A stretch of 34,207 nucleotides of DNA from a virus (lineage: Duplodnaviria > Caudoviricetes): positions 1 to 34,207 of the IMG/VR virus record IMGVR_UViG_3300005058_000015; one strand, written 5' to 3'. The notes beneath the pieces are model-generated. The model made no database searches. It saw nothing but the letters and a program-made list of their open reading frames with translations, and was not told the origin of the DNA. Both the position numbers and the translations under genes were made by a program. Position 1 is the stretch's first letter. Every line of letters starts with the position of its first letter. Below are positions 32,275 to 34,207 of the stretch, piece by piece.

Positions 32275-33114
32275 CTACGTCCAAAGGCTCGGCGGCTCAG
32301 TCGGCTCTGCCGCGCAAATCTTATCTACCTTGTAGTGCTGATAGAACATTCTCGGCGACGAGTGCCCAAGGGACTCCGGGCCGGCTCCGGGCCGCTCACG
32401 CTCGCAATACGAAGCCGATCCACGGCGAATCCACCGGCTTGTCCCGCCAACACCGGCCAGCGATGCAAGCTGCTTGAACGCGCGGAACCACTGCCGGCGC
32501 TTGATGCGAATGCCCCAAATGTGTCTTCTCGCAGGGTCATGAAATGAATCGATCAGTGATAGTGTTTCGCTTGAGAATTTCCTGCGCACGATGCGTCCCG
32601 TTTTGTTCTGGACGATGGAAATAAACCCGCCAGGCTGAATAAATGCACGCTCGAACGTGAGGATGTCGCCAAGCCTGAGGGTCGACTCCCACTTTGCCGG
32701 CAACAGGGACGACCAGTAGCCGGCCCTGGGGACTGCCGTGCCGCGAAAGTTGCCGGGCAGCGCCTTCGCGGTGGCGATCAGCGCGAGCATGTCTTCGCGC
32801 AAGTAGCCGTCAATCACGCGGTCGACTGTACGGATTGGGCGGAGCTTCCGCGGTGGCTGTGAGACTAACGAATCCGCAAAGGCTTCCAGCCAAATCGTCT
32901 TGAGCATCCTGCGTCGACCGGCGATGGTTTCCCGAGCAAATCCCTGCTCGATCATCCAAGCCAGATACCGATTCACCGTGTCGTCGGTGAGGTCGGCAAA
33001 CTGTGCTTCGCGCCCAAGAAACTCGCCGAACTTGTCGACGCAGTTGCGAAGCTGAAAAGCGTAACCCTTTGATACATCTCTGGATAAACAATACGACCCT
33101 ACGTAAGCGCGCAT
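32275..33114 (-). CDS. int: Tyrosine recombinase/integrase
   Basis: SAM-like core-binding domain; catalytic R (LRLGD), K (NKTG), WIRR (W at the HxxR His), LGH, HY; SD aaggtga. Confidence 0.9.
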   Translation of the reverse strand: MRAYVGSYCLSRDVSKGYAFQLRNCVDKFGEFLGREAQFADLTDDTVNRYLAWMIEQGFARETIAGRRRMLKTIWLEAFADSLVSQPPRKLRPIRTVDRVIDGYLREDMLALIATAKALPGNFRGTAVPRAGYWSSLLPAKWESTLRLGDILTFERAFIQPGGFISIVQNKTGRIVRRKFSSETLSLIDSFHDPARRHIWGIRIKRRQWFRAFKQLASLAGVGGTSRWIRRGSASYCERERPGAGPESLGHSSPRMFYQHYKVDKICAAEPTEPPSLWT

Positions 33115-33322
33115 GGAATCACCTTAGGGAATAGGGGGAAGTGACTAAACACGCTGTCTCAAGTCTTCCCCACGAAATCAGCCTGTGCCGGTCATCCCTG
33201 TGAAAACACGCCTCCGCGGTCCTGTACGTTCCCTTACAAGTGGCACCCTTATTCGGTGCCGTTATCTCGACAAGGGAACGCATTATCCGAGCAGTCTAAA
33301 AGGTCTTGTAGCTATGCACTTA

Positions 33323-33396
33323 GGGCGATTAGCTCAGTTGGTTAGAGCGCCAGCTCGACAAGCTGGAAGTCACAGGTTCGAGCCCTGTATCGCCCA
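33323..33396 (+). tRNA. tRNA-Val(GAC), no encoded CCA
   Basis: Full cloverleaf: acceptor gggcgat/atcgccc, D stem gctc/gagc, anticodon stem ccagc/gctgg with GAC at 33357-33359, T arm acagg-TTCGAGC-cctgt. Confidence 0.95.
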
Positions 33397-33432
33397 CTGG
33401 AATGCCCTCCCTTCAGAAAGGTAGGTCAGAAA

Positions 33433-33828
33433 ATGGACTTCCCGGTTTACGTGATTCTCGATGGCCGTGGCGTGTCCGAAAACGGCAGTGGCAAACTACT
33501 GTTCTCCGGCACTCCAAAATTCCACGTTCTCGACTTCGACGGCCAGCCGTGCCTGCCGTTGTTCGAGTCTCTGTTTGAAGCGGAGGCCGTCGCCAAAGAC
33601 GGCGGCTTAGTCGGTCGATCTCCTATCACTGCGTTTGATCGGGAGAGGCTGCATGCGGTCTTGGTGGATCTTCGCGCGGCAAATCCCGATCTTGAGCTGG
33701 CGAGTTACCGTCGCCGGATTTACCGGATTGAAGATCTTCAGGCGTGGCTGGCTCGATCCAGCGACACGCCGGCAGAAACTTCGCCCACCACGGATCAGTC
33801 GAGTCAACCCCGAGAACATTTGAACTGA
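33433..33828 (+). CDS. Hypothetical protein
   Basis: 131-aa globular-looking ORF (PCLPLFES..EAEA); SD-like aaggtagg. Confidence 0.65.
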   Translation: MDFPVYVILDGRGVSENGSGKLLFSGTPKFHVLDFDGQPCLPLFESLFEAEAVAKDGGLVGRSPITAFDRERLHAVLVDLRAANPDLELASYRRRIYRIEDLQAWLARSSDTPAETSPTTDQSSQPREHLN

Positions 33829-33958
33829 ACTTGGCTTTTCCACTCATTTGATCCTCAGGTGAATTGAGACAACGGGGAAACCGAACCGACTTGGGCGGCA
33901 GCGAAAGCTGGCAGGGCAGCGAATTCCCCTGTGTTCAAACGCCCTTGTCGGTTCGGGA

Positions 33959-33987
33959 ATTGTAAATTATTCGCAAATCCGTACAAT
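33959..33987. promoter_or_regulatory. Overlapping divergent promoters built from one inverted repeat
   Basis: + strand TTGTAA-16-TACAAT (33960-33987); - strand TTGTAC-16-TACAAT (33986-33959). Confidence 0.6.
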
Positions 33988-33994
33988 AGGCGAC

Positions 33995-34195
33995 ATGTCT
34001 ATGGCACTTGTTGATACCGATAAGCTGCTCACGCCGTACGAGGCTGCGCCCATCATGGACATGAGCCCACGGCGTGTGCAGAAACTCTGCTCCGAGGGTC
34101 GCCTCGGATTCAAGGTCGGCGCTCGCTACCTAATTACGACCAAGCAAGCGCGGGAATTTAAGGCGAATCCACCAGGGCGACCATCTACGAAATAG
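33995..34195 (+). CDS. Excisionase-like HTH (HTH_17/MerR-type) DNA-binding protein
   Basis: LLTPYEAA..MS.RRVQKLC.EGRL..KVG.RYLI; C-terminal GRP. Confidence 0.85.
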   Translation: MSMALVDTDKLLTPYEAAPIMDMSPRRVQKLCSEGRLGFKVGARYLITTKQAREFKANPPGRPSTK

Positions 34196-34207
34196 CCGAG
34201 AATTGCC

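Larger units (their letters stand above)
1..34207. mobile_element. Temperate siphovirus-like phage/prophage (lambda-like head), probable Planctomycetota host; ends not defined in window
   Basis: Co-oriented terminase, portal, capsid, head-tail, tail tube, frameshifted chaperone, tape measure and tail-tip genes, plus tyrosine integrase, tRNA and Xis-like HTH; no host housekeeping genes seen. Confidence 0.93.

Noticed and set aside
33447..33847. Minus-strand ORF pair 33626-33847 and 33447-33629 joined by a GTGA overlap
   Set aside because: Low-complexity Pro/Ser-rich translations lying antisense to a more protein-like + strand ORF; the 33847 start has an SD, so it is not fully excluded.
34190..34207. 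Terminal repeat or circular junction with the window start
   Set aside because: No meaningful overlap between the two ends, and joining them does not give a properly spaced -35 for the TATAAT at 13-18.

Overview
The whole window (~60% GC) is one temperate tailed phage or prophage with a lambda-like head and a short non-contractile tail. The host is probably a planctomycete, inferred only from the style of the terminase, head-tail, distal-tail and cytochrome c proteins. Left to right: (1) a small early/accessory region (1-1965) with structured RNAs, an HNH-like/HTH fusion, an IS1595 remnant, an RHH regulator and a circularly permuted tRNA-like RNA; (2) a promoter, a 70-aa gene and an attenuator (2093-2441) gating a translationally coupled cassette (2458-7526) of membrane proteins, an intracellular-type subtilase and two exported CxxCH (heme c) proteins, sitting where lambdoid phages keep lysis genes but with no recognisable endolysin; (3) small genes including a DUF5662-like HD protein and an RMF-like protein; (4) acidic repeat proteins, probably virion decoration (8822-12828); (5) HNH, terminase large subunit (no evident small subunit), Ogr-like zinc finger, portal, protease-capsid fusion, DUF2190, head-tail, tail tube, frameshifted tail chaperone, a 369-aa tape measure and Cys-rich tail-tip proteins; (6) a membrane moron, tyrosine integrase, an intact tRNA-Val(GAC), a symmetric bidirectional promoter and an excisionase-like HTH. 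No replication module or CI-type repressor is visible; these may lie outside the window. All family names come from motif recognition by eye, not from database searches.
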